Shown: positions 47,948-59,363, counted from the stretch's first letter. The stretch is 64,000 nucleotides of DNA from an uncultured Gemmatimonadales bacterium (GCA_963771275.1 CAVYSW010000010.1:352001-416000); one strand, 5' to 3'. Notes: generated by a model from the sequence alone, not told the origin. Numbers and translations: made by a program.

Positions 47948-48244
47948 ATGCTGCTCGGCCCCGCGCTCGGTGTCTCGGCGCTGCTGTTCGTGATCGGCGT
48001 GGGCGGCGTGCTGCTGCGCCGCAACGCCATCGTCATCTTCATGTGCGTCGAGCTGATGCTCAACGCGGTCAACCTCACGTTCGTGGCCCTGGCCCAGCAG
48101 CTCGGGCCGGACGGCCAGGTCATCGTGTTCTTCGTGATGGCCGTCGCCGCCGCCGAGGCGGCCGTGGGGCTCGCGATCATCTTGGCCGTCTACCGCCACA
48201 AGGAGTCGGTCAACCTCCAGGACATCAACCTGCTGCGCGGCTAA
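47948..48244 (+). CDS. nuoK: NADH-quinone oxidoreductase subunit K
   Basis: RRN...[21 protein letters not shown]. Confidence 0.97.
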   Translation: MLLGPALGVSALLFVIGVGGVLLRRNAIVIFMCVELMLNAVNLTFVALAQQLGPDGQVIVFFVMAVAAAEAAVGLAIILAVYRHKESVNLQDINLLRG

Positions 48245-50223
48245 TGCCTCCCGTCATCGAGTTGGTCTGGCTCGTGGTGCTCCTGCCGTTCGTCGGCTTT
48301 CTGGCGAACGGCGCCCTGAGCTTCTGGAAGCCCGACGCGAAGCGCGCGGTCTCGGCGATCGGCGTCGGCGTCCTGGTCGCCGCGTTCGTGGTGGCTCTGG
48401 CGGTGGTGCGCGAGGTCGCGGTGATCCGCCCCGGCGAGCCGTTCATCGTGACGCTGTGGCCCTGGATGCCGATCGGCGACCTCCGGCTCGACGTGGCGTT
48501 TCAGGTGGACCAGCTGTCCGCCGTGATGCTGCTCGTCGTCACCGGCGTGAGCATGCTGATCCACATCTTCAGCGTCGGCTACATGGGTGCCGACCGGAGT
48601 TATCCGCGCTACTTCGCGTACCTCAACCTGTTCGTCTTCTTCATGCTGGTGCTGGTGCTCGGCGCCAGCTTCCCGATCCTGTTCATCGGGTGGGAAGGCG
48701 TCGGGCTCTGCAGCTACCTCCTGATCGGGTTCTGGTACGACGTCAAGGCGAACGCCGACGCGGGGAAGAAGGCCTTCATCATGAACCGCATCGGGGACTT
48801 CGGGTTCCTGATCGCGATGTTCATGATCTTCAAGGCCACCGGCTCGCTCGCGTTCGATCAGGTGTTCGGCTCGGCCTCCCGCGTCTTCGCGATCGGCGGG
48901 CCGACCATCACCGCCATCACGCTCTTCCTGTTCCTCGGCTGCACCGGCAAGTCGGCGCAGATCCCGCTCTACACCTGGCTGCCCGACGCCATGGCCGGCC
49001 CGACGCCGGTCTCCGCCCTGATCCACGCGGCCACGATGGTCACGGCCGGCGTCTACCTGGTGGCGCGCACCAATCTGCTGTTCGCCATGGCGCCGATCTC
49101 GGGCGCCGTGGTCGCCGGCGTGGGGGCCCTCACCGCGCTGTGGGCCGCCACGATCGCGCTCAAGCAGTGGGACATCAAGAAGGTGCTGGCGTACTCGACC
49201 GTCTCGCAGCTCGGCTACATGTTCGTCGGGGTGGGCGTCGGCGCGATCTCGTCGGGCATCTTCCATCTGGTCACACACTCCTTCTTCAAGGCCTTGCTGT
49301 TCCTGGGATCCGGCAGCGTGATTCACGCGCTGCACCACGCCTACCACGCCACCCACAGCCACGACGACCCGCAGGACATGCGCAACATGGGCGGCCTGAG
49401 GCGCTGGATGCCGTGGACCGCCGGCGTGATGTGGGTCGCCACGCTCGCGATCGCCGGGGTCCCCGGCCTGTCCGGGTTCTTCTCCAAGGACGAGATCCTG
49501 GCGGAGACGTTCCTCAAGGGCCACGAGCATCCGGTGTTCTACGTGTTCTGGGCGGTCGGCGCGCTCGCGGCCCTGCTCACCGCGTTCTACATGACGCGCA
49601 TGATGCTCTACACGTTCCACGGCCCGAGCCGGGCCGGGACGGAGGAGCAGAAGCACCTGCACGAGGCGCCGTGGGTGATGACCGGCCCGCTCCTGGTGCT
49701 CGCGGCGGGGAGCCTGCTGGGCGGCGTGCTGAACCTGCCGGAGATCCTGCCGGGTGCCGGCTGGCTCAAGGAGTGGCTCGAGCCCGTCACCTCGGCCGGC
49801 GACTTCTTCCGGCCCGAGGCGCACCTCACGCACGGAACCGAGTGGGCGTTGCTCGGCCTCGCCACGCTGATCGCGGCGGCCGGCATGCTCGGCGCCTGGC
49901 GGCTGCTCAAGCCGGCGCGACTGGTGCGCGCGGCCGACGCGCCCGCCGAGACCGGCATCGAGCGCGTGCTCCTCAAGAAGTGGTACATCGACGAGATCTA
50001 CGACGCGCTGGTCGTGCGTCCCCTGGTCTGGCTGTCGGAGAAGGTGCTGTGGCGGGCGGTGGACGCGGGCGTGATCGACGGCGCCGGCGTCAACGGGTCG
50101 GCCCGGGTCGCCCGCGGATTCGGTGCCATCGGCTCGTGGCTCCAGACCGGTCAGGTCGGCACCTACGTCTTCTTCTTCGTCGTCGGCGTGCTGCTGATGC
50201 TGCGCGCCGTGACGCGATCCTGA
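48244..50223 (+). CDS. nuoL: NADH-quinone oxidoreductase subunit L
   Basis: GWEGVGLCSY, KSAQIPLYTWLPDAMAGPTPVSALIHAATMV. Confidence 0.97.
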   Translation: MPPVIELVWLVVLLPFVGFLANGALSFWKPDAKRAVSAIGVGVLVAAFVVALAVVREVAVIRPGEPFIVTLWPWMPIGDLRLDVAFQVDQLSAVMLLVVTGVSMLIHIFSVGYMGADRSYPRYFAYLNLFVFFMLVLVLGASFPILFIGWEGVGLCSYLLIGFWYDVKANADAGKKAFIMNRIGDFGFLIAMFMIFKATGSLAFDQVFGSASRVFAIGGPTITAITLFLFLGCTGKSAQIPLYTWLPDAMAGPTPVSALIHAATMVTAGVYLVARTNLLFAMAPISGAVVAGVGALTALWAATIALKQWDIKKVLAYSTVSQLGYMFVGVGVGAISSGIFHLVTHSFFKALLFLGSGSVIHALHHAYHATHSHDDPQDMRNMGGLRRWMPWTAGVMWVATLAIAGVPGLSGFFSKDEILAETFLKGHEHPVFYVFWAVGALAALLTAFYMTRMMLYTFHGPSRAGTEEQKHLHEAPWVMTGPLLVLAAGSLLGGVLNLPEILPGAGWLKEWLEPVTSAGDFFRPEAHLTHGTEWALLGLATLIAAAGMLGAWRLLKPARLVRAADAPAETGIERVLLKKWYIDEIYDALVVRPLVWLSEKVLWRAVDAGVIDGAGVNGSARVARGFGAIGSWLQTGQVGTYVFFFVVGVLLMLRAVTRS

Positions 50224-50224
50224 G

Positions 50225-51787
50225 ATGAGCGACTTCCTGCTGAGCATCGGCTACGATCGCTGGATCCTGAACGCGCTGCTCGTGCTGCCCCTGGCGGGCG
50301 CCCTGCTCGTGCTCGCGGTCCCAGCGGCGCGCGCCAAGCACGTGGCCTTCGCGATCGCCCTGGTGGAGTTCCTCGTGTCGGCGGGGCTGTGGTGGAGCTA
50401 CGACCCGGGTGAGGGGGCCATGCAGCTCGAGTTCGTGGCCCGGTGGATTCCCGCGTTCGGGATCTCCTACCACGTCGGGCTCGACGGCATCTCGGTCTTC
50501 ATGGTGCTGCTCACCACCTTCACCATGCCGCTCGCGATCCTCGGGAGCTGGGCGTACATCACCAGCAAGGAGCGGGGCTTCTACGCGCAGATGCTGGTGA
50601 TGACCACGGGCATGCTCGGCGTGTTCATCGCGCTCGACCTGTTCCTGTTCTACGTCTTCTGGGAGATCATGCTGATCCCGATGTATTTCATCATCGGGAT
50701 CTGGGGCGGCGCCCGCCGGCTCTACGCGGCGATCAAGTTCTTCCTCTACACGTTCGTGGGATCGCTGCTCATGCTGGTGGCGATCCTCGTGTTCTACGCG
50801 GTGGTGGGGCGCGAGGCAGGGCGCTACGACTTCGACTACGCCTACTTGCTGAGCCACGCGGACCTGGTGCGGCCGTGGGCGTTCTGGCTGTTCGGCGCGT
50901 TCGCGCTGGCGTTTGCGATCAAGGTGCCGCTGTTCCCGTTCCACACGTGGCTGCCGGACGCCCACGTCGAGGCGCCGACCGCCGGCTCGGTGGTCCTGGC
51001 GGGCATCCTTCTCAAGATGGGGACGTACGGCTTCCTCCGGTTCGCGGTGCCGTTCTTCCCCAGCGTCGCGTTTCACCCCCAGGTCGCGACCCTCATGATC
51101 GTGCTCGCGGTGGTCGGGATCATCTACGGTGCGCTCGTCGCCATGGTGCAGCCCGACTTCAAGAAGCTGATCGCCTACTCGTCGGTGAGCCACCTCGGCT
51201 TCGTGATGCTCGGCATCTGGGCGCTCACCAACCAGAGCGTGGCCGGCGCGATCCTCATCATGGTGAACCACGGCATCTCGACCGGGGCCCTGTTCCTCCT
51301 GGTCGGGATGATGTACGAGCGCCGCCACAGCCGCGAGATCGCGGCGTACGGCGGCATCGCGCGCGTCATGCCGGCCTTCGCGGCGATCCTGACGCTGGTC
51401 TCGCTGTCGTCGATCGGGCTCCCCGGCACCAACGGGTTCGTGGGCGAGTTTCTCGTGCTGCTCGGGTCGTTCCGCACGCAGCCCTGGGCCGCGGGCATCG
51501 CGGCAACGGGCGTGATCTTCGCGGCCGCCTACCTGCTGTGGTCGCTGCAGCGCATCATCTACAACCCGCTCGACAAGCCCGAGAACCGGACGTTGAAGGA
51601 CCTGTCGCGCCGCGAGCTCGCCATCCTCGTGCCGATTGTGGTCATGATCCTGTGGATCGGCGTCTACCCCAGGCCGTTCCTGAGCCGCATTGAGCCCTCG
51701 GTCGCCCGGTTCGTCGAGCAGGCGCGCGCCGGCGCGCCGCCGACGCTGCAGGTGGGGCGGGCAGCGGCGGGGAGGACCGCGCGATGA
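50225..51787 (+). CDS. nuoM: NADH-quinone oxidoreductase subunit M
   Basis: KVPLFPFHTWLPDAHVEAPT, LLKMGTYG, LPGTNGFVGEF. Confidence 0.97.
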   Translation: MSDFLLSIGYDRWILNALLVLPLAGALLVLAVPAARAKHVAFAIALVEFLVSAGLWWSYDPGEGAMQLEFVARWIPAFGISYHVGLDGISVFMVLLTTFTMPLAILGSWAYITSKERGFYAQMLVMTTGMLGVFIALDLFLFYVFWEIMLIPMYFIIGIWGGARRLYAAIKFFLYTFVGSLLMLVAILVFYAVVGREAGRYDFDYAYLLSHADLVRPWAFWLFGAFALAFAIKVPLFPFHTWLPDAHVEAPTAGSVVLAGILLKMGTYGFLRFAVPFFPSVAFHPQVATLMIVLAVVGIIYGALVAMVQPDFKKLIAYSSVSHLGFVMLGIWALTNQSVAGAILIMVNHGISTGALFLLVGMMYERRHSREIAAYGGIARVMPAFAAILTLVSLSSIGLPGTNGFVGEFLVLLGSFRTQPWAAGIAATGVIFAAAYLLWSLQRIIYNPLDKPENRTLKDLSRRELAILVPIVVMILWIGVYPRPFLSRIEPSVARFVEQARAGAPPTLQVGRAAAGRTAR

Positions 51788-53305
51788 GCGGCCTGCTGAT
51801 CGACTCTGTCGACGCCGCTGGGCGTGGCCACGGCGCTTCTGCCCGAGATCGTCCTCACCGCGTGGGCGCTGCTCCTGCTGCTGGTGATCGGCTGGCGCCA
51901 CCACCGACCCGACCATCACCGCTGGGCGGGGGGCTTCACGCTCGTCGGCCTCGTCGTCGCGCTGGTGGTCGTGATCGGGCTATGGCGCGCCAACACGCAG
52001 GTCGAGGGGCTGCCGCTGATGGTCGCGGTCGACGGGTTCCGCTGGGCAACGGCGTCCGTGCTCCTGCTCGGCGCGATCGCCACCGTGCTGCTGAGCCTGG
52101 GCTACCTGGGTCGGGAGCGCATCCTGGTCCCCGAGTTCTACGTGATGCTGCTGTTCGCCACGATCGGGATGCTGCTGATGGGCGGGGCGGCGGACCTGCT
52201 CGTCCTGTTCCTCGGGATCGAGCTGATGTCGATCTCCGTGTACGTGCTGGCGGGCATCCGGCGCCAGAGCCCGCAATCCGCCGAGGCGGCCCTCAAGTAC
52301 TTCCTGCTCGGCGCGTTCGCGTCGGGGTTCCTGCTGTACGGCATCGCGCTGCTGTACGGCGCCACCGGCACCACCAACCTCACCGCGATCGGCTTCCAAC
52401 TGTCGCAGTCCGCCGTCGTGCATCGCCCGATGTTCGGCTTCGGCGTGGCACTCCTGCTCGTCGGCTTCGGGTTCAAGGTCTCGGCGGTCCCGTTCCACAT
52501 GTGGGCCCCCGACGTGTACGACGGCGCGCCGACGCCGGTGACGGCGTACATGGCCGCCGTCGTGAAGGCCGCCGCGTTCGCGGCGCTGCTGCGCGTGAGC
52601 ATCGTCGCGCTGGGCGAGGCCCATGTTGCCTGGCAGGCCATGGTCTGGTGGCTTGCCGCCGCCACCATGGTCGTCGGGAACGTCATCGCGCTCGCGCAGC
52701 GCCGGCTTAAGCGGATGCTGGCGTACAGCTCGATCGCGCACGCGGGGTACCTGCTGGCCGCGGTCGCGACGGGGACGACGCAGGGAGTGTCCGCGTTCCT
52801 GTTCTACGCGTTGGCCTACACGCTCATGACGGTCGGCGCGTTCGCGGTGGTCGGCGCGGTGGGACGGAACGGCGAGAGCGACCTGCTGGTCGACGATCTG
52901 AACGGGCTGTCGGATCGGCGGCCATGGCTGGCGTTCGGGATGGCCGTGTTCATGCTCTCGCTGCTCGGCTTCCCCGGGACGGCCGGCTTCATCGGGAAAT
53001 GGCTGATCCTCACGGGCGCGGTCGCCGCCGGGCAGAGCTCGCTTGCGGTCATCCTCGTCGGAGCCAGCGTCCTGTCCGCAGGGTACTACCTGCCGGTGAT
53101 CATGGCGATGTACATGAAGCCCGCCGACCGGCCCGAAGTGGCCGAAGGGGCCACGCTCGCGGGCGGCGCGCGTGCCGTCGTGCTGGCGGCCGCCCTGGTT
53201 CTCTTGCTGTTCGGGGTCTGGCCCAACCGCGCGCTGGACGTCGCCCGGACGACGGGCGAGAACCTGCGCCCCGCGGGCGCAGTGATCATCAGCTCGCTCC
53301 ACTGA
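51784..53305 (+). CDS. nuoN: NADH-quinone oxidoreductase subunit N (apparent extra base at 51805; intact frame 51824-53305)
   Basis: EAALKYFLLG, FKVSAVPFHMWAPDVYDGAPTP, KRMLAYSSIAH. Confidence 0.93.
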
Positions 53306-53341
53306 GTCCGGACGAGTCGAGTCGAGGGACGAGGTGCCCCT

Positions 53342-54715
53342 GTGCAGGTTCCCACCGGGATCTTCCGAGAGTACGACATCCGCGGCGTCGTCGACGCGGA
53401 GCTGACGCCGGCCGTCGCGCACGCGATCGGCCGGGCCCTGGCCACCCACGCGCGCAGCCGGATCGGCCGCGCCCCGCGGCTCGCGGTGGGGCGCGACAAC
53501 CGCCCGTCGGGCGAGCGCCTGGCGAGCGCTGCGCGGGACGGCATCGCGCTGAGTGGCGGGACGGCGGTGGACGTCGGTCTGCTGCCGACCCCGGCGCTGT
53601 ACCTCGCGGTCCACGAGCTCGCGGTGGACGGCGGGCTCCAGGTTACCGGGTCGCACAACCCGCCGGAGTTCAACGGGTTCAAGATGCTGGCGGCCGGCGA
53701 GACGCTGCATGGGGAGGGCATTCAGGGGCTGCGCCAGTTGATCGAGACCGACGCCCTCGACAGCGGGGCCGGACGGCTCGAGACCGACACCTCCGTGCTG
53801 CGGCGCTACGCCGACGCGATCGTGTCGCGCAACGGCCCACTGGCGCGGCCCGTCAAGGTCGTGGTGGACTGCGGCAACGGCGTCGCGAGCGTCGCCGCGG
53901 TGCCGACGCTCTCCCGCCTCGGGGCCGACGTGATCGGTCTGTACTGCGAGTCGGACGGGACGTTCCCCAACCACCACCCCGATCCCACGGTGCCGGCGAA
54001 CCTGCGCGATCTCCAGGCCGCGGTGCGGCGCACCGGCGCGGAGCTGGGCATCGCGTTCGATGGCGACGGCGACCGGATCGGGGCGGTGGACGAGCAGGGC
54101 ACGATCGTCTTCGGCGACCAGCTGCTGATTCTGTTCGGGCGCGATCTCGTGCACCGCATGGGACCGGGCCTGCCGGTGATCTTCGACGTGAAGTGCTCGG
54201 ACGTGCTGCGCGACCAGCTGGCGGCCGCGGGGCTCACGCCCGTCATCTGGAAGACGGGCCACTCGCTGATCAAGGCCAAGATGAAGGAGACCGGCGCCCC
54301 GCTCGCCGGCGAGATGAGCGGTCACATCTTCTTCGGCGGCGACTACTTCGGCTTCGACGACGCGCTGTTCGCGGCCGCCCGGCTGCTCGCTTTCGTGGCG
54401 CGCGAGGGCGGCCCGCTGTCCCGCCACTACGCCGACGTGCCGCGCACGTTCGCGACCCCCGAGATCCGGATCGACTGCCCCGACGATCGCAAGTTCGCCG
54501 TCGTGGAGCGGGCGGCCGCGCAGTTCGGGACGCGGTACAAGACCCTCACCCTGGACGGCGTGCGCGTGAGCTTCGCGCACGGCTGGGGGCTGCTGCGCGC
54601 ATCGAACACGCAGCCCGTCCTCGTCATGCGGTTCGAGGCGACCTCGGAAGCCGAGCTCGCCCGCTACCGCGGCGAGGTCGAGGCCTGGCTCCGGGGTCAG
54701 GGCATCGCCTCGTAG
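53342..54715 (+). CDS. Phosphomannomutase/phosphoglucomutase
   Basis: FREYDIRG, TGSHNP, FDGDGDR, GEMSGH. Confidence 0.95.
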   Translation: MQVPTGIFREYDIRGVVDAELTPAVAHAIGRALATHARSRIGRAPRLAVGRDNRPSGERLASAARDGIALSGGTAVDVGLLPTPALYLAVHELAVDGGLQVTGSHNPPEFNGFKMLAAGETLHGEGIQGLRQLIETDALDSGAGRLETDTSVLRRYADAIVSRNGPLARPVKVVVDCGNGVASVAAVPTLSRLGADVIGLYCESDGTFPNHHPDPTVPANLRDLQAAVRRTGAELGIAFDGDGDRIGAVDEQGTIVFGDQLLILFGRDLVHRMGPGLPVIFDVKCSDVLRDQLAAAGLTPVIWKTGHSLIKAKMKETGAPLAGEMSGHIFFGGDYFGFDDALFAAARLLAFVAREGGPLSRHYADVPRTFATPEIRIDCPDDRKFAVVERAAAQFGTRYKTLTLDGVRVSFAHGWGLLRASNTQPVLVMRFEATSEAELARYRGEVEAWLRGQGIAS

Positions 54716-54719
54716 CCCG

Positions 54720-57245
54720 ATGCCCAAACGCGGGCTCTGGCTCAAGCTCGTCCTCGGAGCGGCGCTCGCCGCGCTGTTCCTGGGCCGGTGGCTCGCCGTC
54801 GCCACGACCGGCCGTCTCTGGGCCGACGCCCTCGGCGTCGCCGAGCCGCATCGCGATATCGCGGCCCTCCGGCTCGCGCTCGACGCGGCCGGCTTCGTCC
54901 TCGCCGCGGCGTGGTGCATCGGCAATGTGTACCTCGTCTATCGCCAGATCGGCTCGGTGCAGGTGCCGCGCCGGCTCGGCAATCTCGAGATCGCCGAATC
55001 GGTGCCGCGCAAGTATCTGCTCGCCGGAGCGGTGGCGATCGGCGCGATCCTCGCGCTTGCCCTGAGCCACGACACCGGCGCGTGGTGGCTGCAGCGCGCG
55101 CTCGTCGAGTCGAAGCTGGTGGTGGGGATCCAGGACCCGGTGCTCAACCGTGACGTGAGTTTCTACCTCTTCCGGTTGCCGTGGTCCCGGGTCGTGCACG
55201 GCTACGTGCTGCTGCTGGTAGGGGTCGTGCTCGGTCTCGTGGCACTGCTCTACGGGGCGATCGGGGCGGTGCGGTGGGAAGAGCGCCGCGTCGTGTGCAC
55301 CGATTTGGCGCGCCGGCATCTCGCGGTGCTGCTCGCGGTGCTCGCCCTGGTGCTCGCGTGGGGATACCGGCTTGAGCCCGCCGAGCTCGTGGGCGGCCTG
55401 CACAACGTGAAGTACGATGCGGTCCTCACCGGCGTCCGCATTCCCGTGGCCCATGTGCTGGGCGCCCTGGCGGTGATCGTTGCGGTGGTGTCGCTGCTCT
55501 GGCTCGCCGTGGAGCGCGGCGGCCTGGTCGGTGCCGCGTGGCTGGCGTTGCTCCTCGTGTCGTTCCTGGGACACTACGTGCTGCCGGGCTTCGTCGGCGC
55601 GGCGCGCGGGTCCGAAGGACGACGCTCCCGGGAGCTCGAGACCTTCGCCACGCAGTTCCTGCGTCGGGCGTTCGCCCTGGGCGTCGATACCGTGCCCCTG
55701 CAGCTCGCCGTGCCCGACGACGCGTTCGTGGCCCGCCATGCCCCGGTGCTGGAGCGGGCCCCGGTGTGGGAGGAGTTCGCCGCGAGCCACGTCCTGCGCC
55801 TGGCGGACGGGCGGCCGGCCCCCGATCCCCGCAGCGCGGATGTCGTGTTCGAGACGAGCCTCGCGGCCTACCCCGGAGCGGGCGGGCGCGACGTGCCGGT
55901 CTTGCTCGGCGTCCGCGAGACGGATACCGCACGGGCGCGCGCGGTCGATCGGGACCTGAGCTGGGAACGGCGCCACGGCGAGCCGTTCGGCTCGGCGATC
56001 GGCGCCGTCGCGATCCAGGCAGCGGCCGCGACCGACGACGGGATGCCGCTCTACATTGCCCACCTCGACCACCCCGACTCGGCCGTCGCGCAGCCGACCG
56101 ACCTGGCGCTGCGCAACGACACCGTGTGGTTCGCGCCGGGATTCACCGACTTCGCGATCACGCCGCCCGATCATCTGGCGGGCATCGTGGCGGGGGGGCT
56201 GTGGCGTCGGCTGGCGCTCGCGTGGACCCTCCAGGCCCCCCGGCTGCTCACCTCCGCGGCCGTGGGGCGGGCAACAGTCGTGCTCGCCTACCGGGCGGTC
56301 GGCGCGCGCCTCGCCCGCTTCGCGCCGTTCGCCCGATTCGGCGCGGCCTACCCGGTGGTCGCCGGCGAACGACTGCTCTGGCTCGCGTCCGGCTACGTGT
56401 CGGCCGAGGCCTTCCCGCTGTCGCAGCGCATCACGTGGCGTGGCGACGACGTGCGCTACTTGCGTGCGGGCCTGCTCGGCCTGGTGGACGCCCACACCGG
56501 CGCCACGGAGCTGTTCCTGCTCCCCGACGCCGATCCGCTGAGCCGCGCCTGGGCCGCCCTGCTGCCCGGTCTGGTCCAGCGGGCGAGCGCGATTCCGCCC
56601 GCCGTGCTGCGCCACGTCCGCTACCCGCACGAGCAGTTCATCAAGCAGGTGGCGCTGCTCCGCGCCGAGGCGGGCCGTGCGCGCCCCGCGGAGCCGTTCT
56701 GGTGGGTCGGCCCGGCCCCGGGCGACAGCGCGGTGCGACTCCGCCTCCGGGCCGTGGACGAGGTGCTGCGCGAGCCGCGCGTCGCGGCCGTCATCGAAGG
56801 CACCATGCGCCAGGGCGTTCAGCGGCTCACGGCGCTGGCATACCCGCAGCCGTACGTGCTGCCCGGTCCGTCGGAGCTGGCACGCGAGTTCCGCAGCGAG
56901 CCGACGCGGGACAGCGTGATCGAAGGGACCGTGCGCCTGGTCCCCTTCGCCGATGGGGCAGTGGCGCTCCAGGCGTTCTACGCCGACTCGGGAGCCCTGG
57001 TGGGGGTCGCGCTGGGGTGGCGCGGAGCGGTCGGGCGGGGCCGCTCTCTCGCGGAGGCCGTTGGACGTGTTCAGCCGGTTGCGCCGCCGGTCGCGCCGGC
57101 TGGGGCCGCGGACGCGCTGGCGGCGGCGCGCGCGGCGTTCCGTCGGCTGGATTCGGCCCGCGCGGCGGGCGACTGGAAGGCGTTCGGCGACGCGTGGGAG
57201 AGCCTCCAGCGCGCGCTCGCGGGGAACCGTGACTCGAACCCCTGA
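54720..57245 (+). CDS. UPF0182-family membrane protein (divergent)
   Basis: DPVLNRDVSFYLFRLP, AYPVV..ERLLW, VRYLR...VDAHTG, LRHVRYP, AAGDWKAFGDA. Confidence 0.8.
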   Translation: MPKRGLWLKLVLGAALAALFLGRWLAVATTGRLWADALGVAEPHRDIAALRLALDAAGFVLAAAWCIGNVYLVYRQIGSVQVPRRLGNLEIAESVPRKYLLAGAVAIGAILALALSHDTGAWWLQRALVESKLVVGIQDPVLNRDVSFYLFRLPWSRVVHGYVLLLVGVVLGLVALLYGAIGAVRWEERRVVCTDLARRHLAVLLAVLALVLAWGYRLEPAELVGGLHNVKYDAVLTGVRIPVAHVLGALAVIVAVVSLLWLAVERGGLVGAAWLALLLVSFLGHYVLPGFVGAARGSEGRRSRELETFATQFLRRAFALGVDTVPLQLAVPDDAFVARHAPVLERAPVWEEFAASHVLRLADGRPAPDPRSADVVFETSLAAYPGAGGRDVPVLLGVRETDTARARAVDRDLSWERRHGEPFGSAIGAVAIQAAAATDDGMPLYIAHLDHPDSAVAQPTDLALRNDTVWFAPGFTDFAITPPDHLAGIVAGGLWRRLALAWTLQAPRLLTSAAVGRATVVLAYRAVGARLARFAPFARFGAAYPVVAGERLLWLASGYVSAEAFPLSQRITWRGDDVRYLRAGLLGLVDAHTGATELFLLPDADPLSRAWAALLPGLVQRASAIPPAVLRHVRYPHEQFIKQVALLRAEAGRARPAEPFWWVGPAPGDSAVRLRLRAVDEVLREPRVAAVIEGTMRQGVQRLTALAYPQPYVLPGPSELAREFRSEPTRDSVIEGTVRLVPFADGAVALQAFYADSGALVGVALGWRGAVGRGRSLAEAVGRVQPVAPPVAPAGAADALAAARAAFRRLDSARAAGDWKAFGDAWESLQRALAGNRDSNP

Positions 57246-57276
57246 GGGTCCCGCTCGGCGGGAGGAGCCGGATCGC

Positions 57277-58227
57277 GTGCACGCTCCCGGAACGGTCGTC
57301 GTGGCGCTCGGCGGCAACGCCCTGCAGCCGCCGGGCGAGCGTGTCACCATCGCCGACCAGTTCCGTCACACCCGGGAGTCCATGGCCGCGGTCGTCGAGT
57401 TGGCGCGTGCCGGATGGCGCATCGCCATCGTGCACGGCAACGGACCGCAGGTCGGCGACGAGCTCGAGCGCAACGAGCTCGCCTACGATCGCGTGGAGCC
57501 GCTCCCGCTTGGCGTGCTGGTGTCCGCAACCGCGGGCTGGATCGGCTATATGATCCAGCAGTCGCTGCAGAACGCGTTGGACCACGCCGGCGTGGCGCGT
57601 CAGGTGCTGACCACGATCACGCAGACCCTGGTGGCGATCGGGCCGGAGGGGCTCGTGCCCACGAAGCCGATCGGGCACGCGCTGAGCGACGCGGAAGTGG
57701 CACGCTACCGTGCCCGCGGCATCCCGCTCGGCCGGGACGGCGCGGGCCGATGGCGCCGTCTAGCGCCGAGTCCGCTGCCGGTGGACGTGGCCGAATGGCA
57801 CGCGGTGCGGCAGCTGGTGGATGAGGGCAAGATCGTGATCGCCGCCGGAGGCGGCGGGTCGCCGGTCTACCGCCACCCGAGTCTGGGCTGGGAGGGTGTC
57901 GAGGCGGTGGTGGACAAGGACCGCACCGCCGCGATCCTCGGAGTGCGACTGGACGCCGACACGCTGATGAGCCTCACCGACGTGGACGCGGTCTATGAAG
58001 GCTGGGGGACCCCGCAGCAGCGGGCGCTTCGCACCCTGTCGCTCCGGCAGGCGGAGGCGTTGCTCGCGGGCGGGGGGCTGGGGGCCGGGAGCATGCGGCC
58101 CAAGGTCGAAGCCGCCGTGGCGTTCGTGCGCGGTGGCGGGCGGCGTGCGGTGATCGCCCACCTCGGCGACGGGGCGGCGGCGCTGCGCGGCCAGACGGGA
58201 ACCACCATCACGGGAGACGACGCGTGA
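57277..58227 (+). CDS. arcC: Carbamate kinase
   Basis: VVALGGNAL, HGNGPQVG, PTKPIG, PSPLP, GVEAVVDKD, GSMRPKVEAA. Confidence 0.93.
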   Translation: MHAPGTVVVALGGNALQPPGERVTIADQFRHTRESMAAVVELARAGWRIAIVHGNGPQVGDELERNELAYDRVEPLPLGVLVSATAGWIGYMIQQSLQNALDHAGVARQVLTTITQTLVAIGPEGLVPTKPIGHALSDAEVARYRARGIPLGRDGAGRWRRLAPSPLPVDVAEWHAVRQLVDEGKIVIAAGGGGSPVYRHPSLGWEGVEAVVDKDRTAAILGVRLDADTLMSLTDVDAVYEGWGTPQQRALRTLSLRQAEALLAGGGLGAGSMRPKVEAAVAFVRGGGRRAVIAHLGDGAAALRGQTGTTITGDDA

Positions 58228-59363
58228 ATCTGCACGAATATCAGGCGCGCGCCCTGCTCAAGGCGGCCGGGATACCGGTGCCGGACGGGGACGTCGCGAC
58301 AACGCCCGCCGAAGTCGAGGCGATCGCCCGCCGCATTGGCGGCAGGGTCGTGGTGAAGGCCCAAGTCCACGCCGGCGGCCGGGGCAAGGCCGGCGGCGTC
58401 AAGCTCGCGGCCACGCCCGCCGAGGCGCGGGCCCACGCCGGGAAGATCCTCGGCATGACGATCAAGGGACTGACGGTCCACAAGGTGCTCGTCGTGCCGG
58501 CCGCCGACATCGCCAGCGAGAGCTATGTCGGGGTGATCGTGGACCGCGCCCGTCAGCGCCCTGTGTTCATGGTCAGCCCGGCGGGCGGGATCGACATCGA
58601 GGAGGTCGCGGCCAAGACGCCCGAGAAGATCATGAAGCTCGCGGTGGATCCGCGCTACGGCCTGCTGCCGCACCAGGCGATGCGCCTGGCGTTCTTCCTG
58701 TTCAAGGATCTCGGCCAGGTGCGGTCCGCGGCGGCGATCATGCAGCGGCTCTACACGGCGTTCCTCCAGGCCGGCGGCTCGCTGGCGGAGATCAACCCCC
58801 TGGTCACGACACCGGACGGCCAGGTCGTGGCGCTCGACGCCAAGATCGCGGTGGACGACAATGAGCTCGAGCGGCGCGAGAGCATCGCGGCGCTGCGCGA
58901 CGCCACCGCCGAGAATCCGGCCGAGGTGAAAGCGCGGGAGGCGAACCTCTCGTACATCAAGCTCGACGGCGCGGTGGGCTGCTGCGTCAACGGAGCCGGC
59001 CTCGCCATGGCCACGATGGACCTCGTCAAGTTCTACGGCGGCGAGCCGGCGAACTTCCTGGATATCGGCGGGAGCAGTAACCCCGAGAAGGTGGTCGCGG
59101 CGCTCGAGATCATCACCAGCGATCCGAGCGTGAAGTGCATCCTGTTCAATATCTTCGGCGGCATCACCCGGTGCGACGACGTGGCGAACGGCATTGTGGC
59201 GGCCACGTCGCGCGCCAAGCTCAAAGTGCCGATCGTCATTCGACTGACCGGCACCAACGAGCAGCTGGGGGTGGACATCCTGAAGCGGGCGGGCTTCGCG
59301 GCGCTGACCGACATGGACGAGGCGGTCAAGCGGGCCGTGCAGCTGGCGGGGAGGGCGGCATGA
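58224..59363 (+). CDS. sucC: Succinyl-CoA ligase beta subunit
   Basis: [44 protein letters not shown]. Confidence 0.97.
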   Translation: MNLHEYQARALLKAAGIPVPDGDVATTPAEVEAIARRIGGRVVVKAQVHAGGRGKAGGVKLAATPAEARAHAGKILGMTIKGLTVHKVLVVPAADIASESYVGVIVDRARQRPVFMVSPAGGIDIEEVAAKTPEKIMKLAVDPRYGLLPHQAMRLAFFLFKDLGQVRSAAAIMQRLYTAFLQAGGSLAEINPLVTTPDGQVVALDAKIAVDDNELERRESIAALRDATAENPAEVKAREANLSYIKLDGAVGCCVNGAGLAMATMDLVKFYGGEPANFLDIGGSSNPEKVVAALEIITSDPSVKCILFNIFGGITRCDDVANGIVAATSRAKLKVPIVIRLTGTNEQLGVDILKRAGFAALTDMDEAVKRAVQLAGRAA

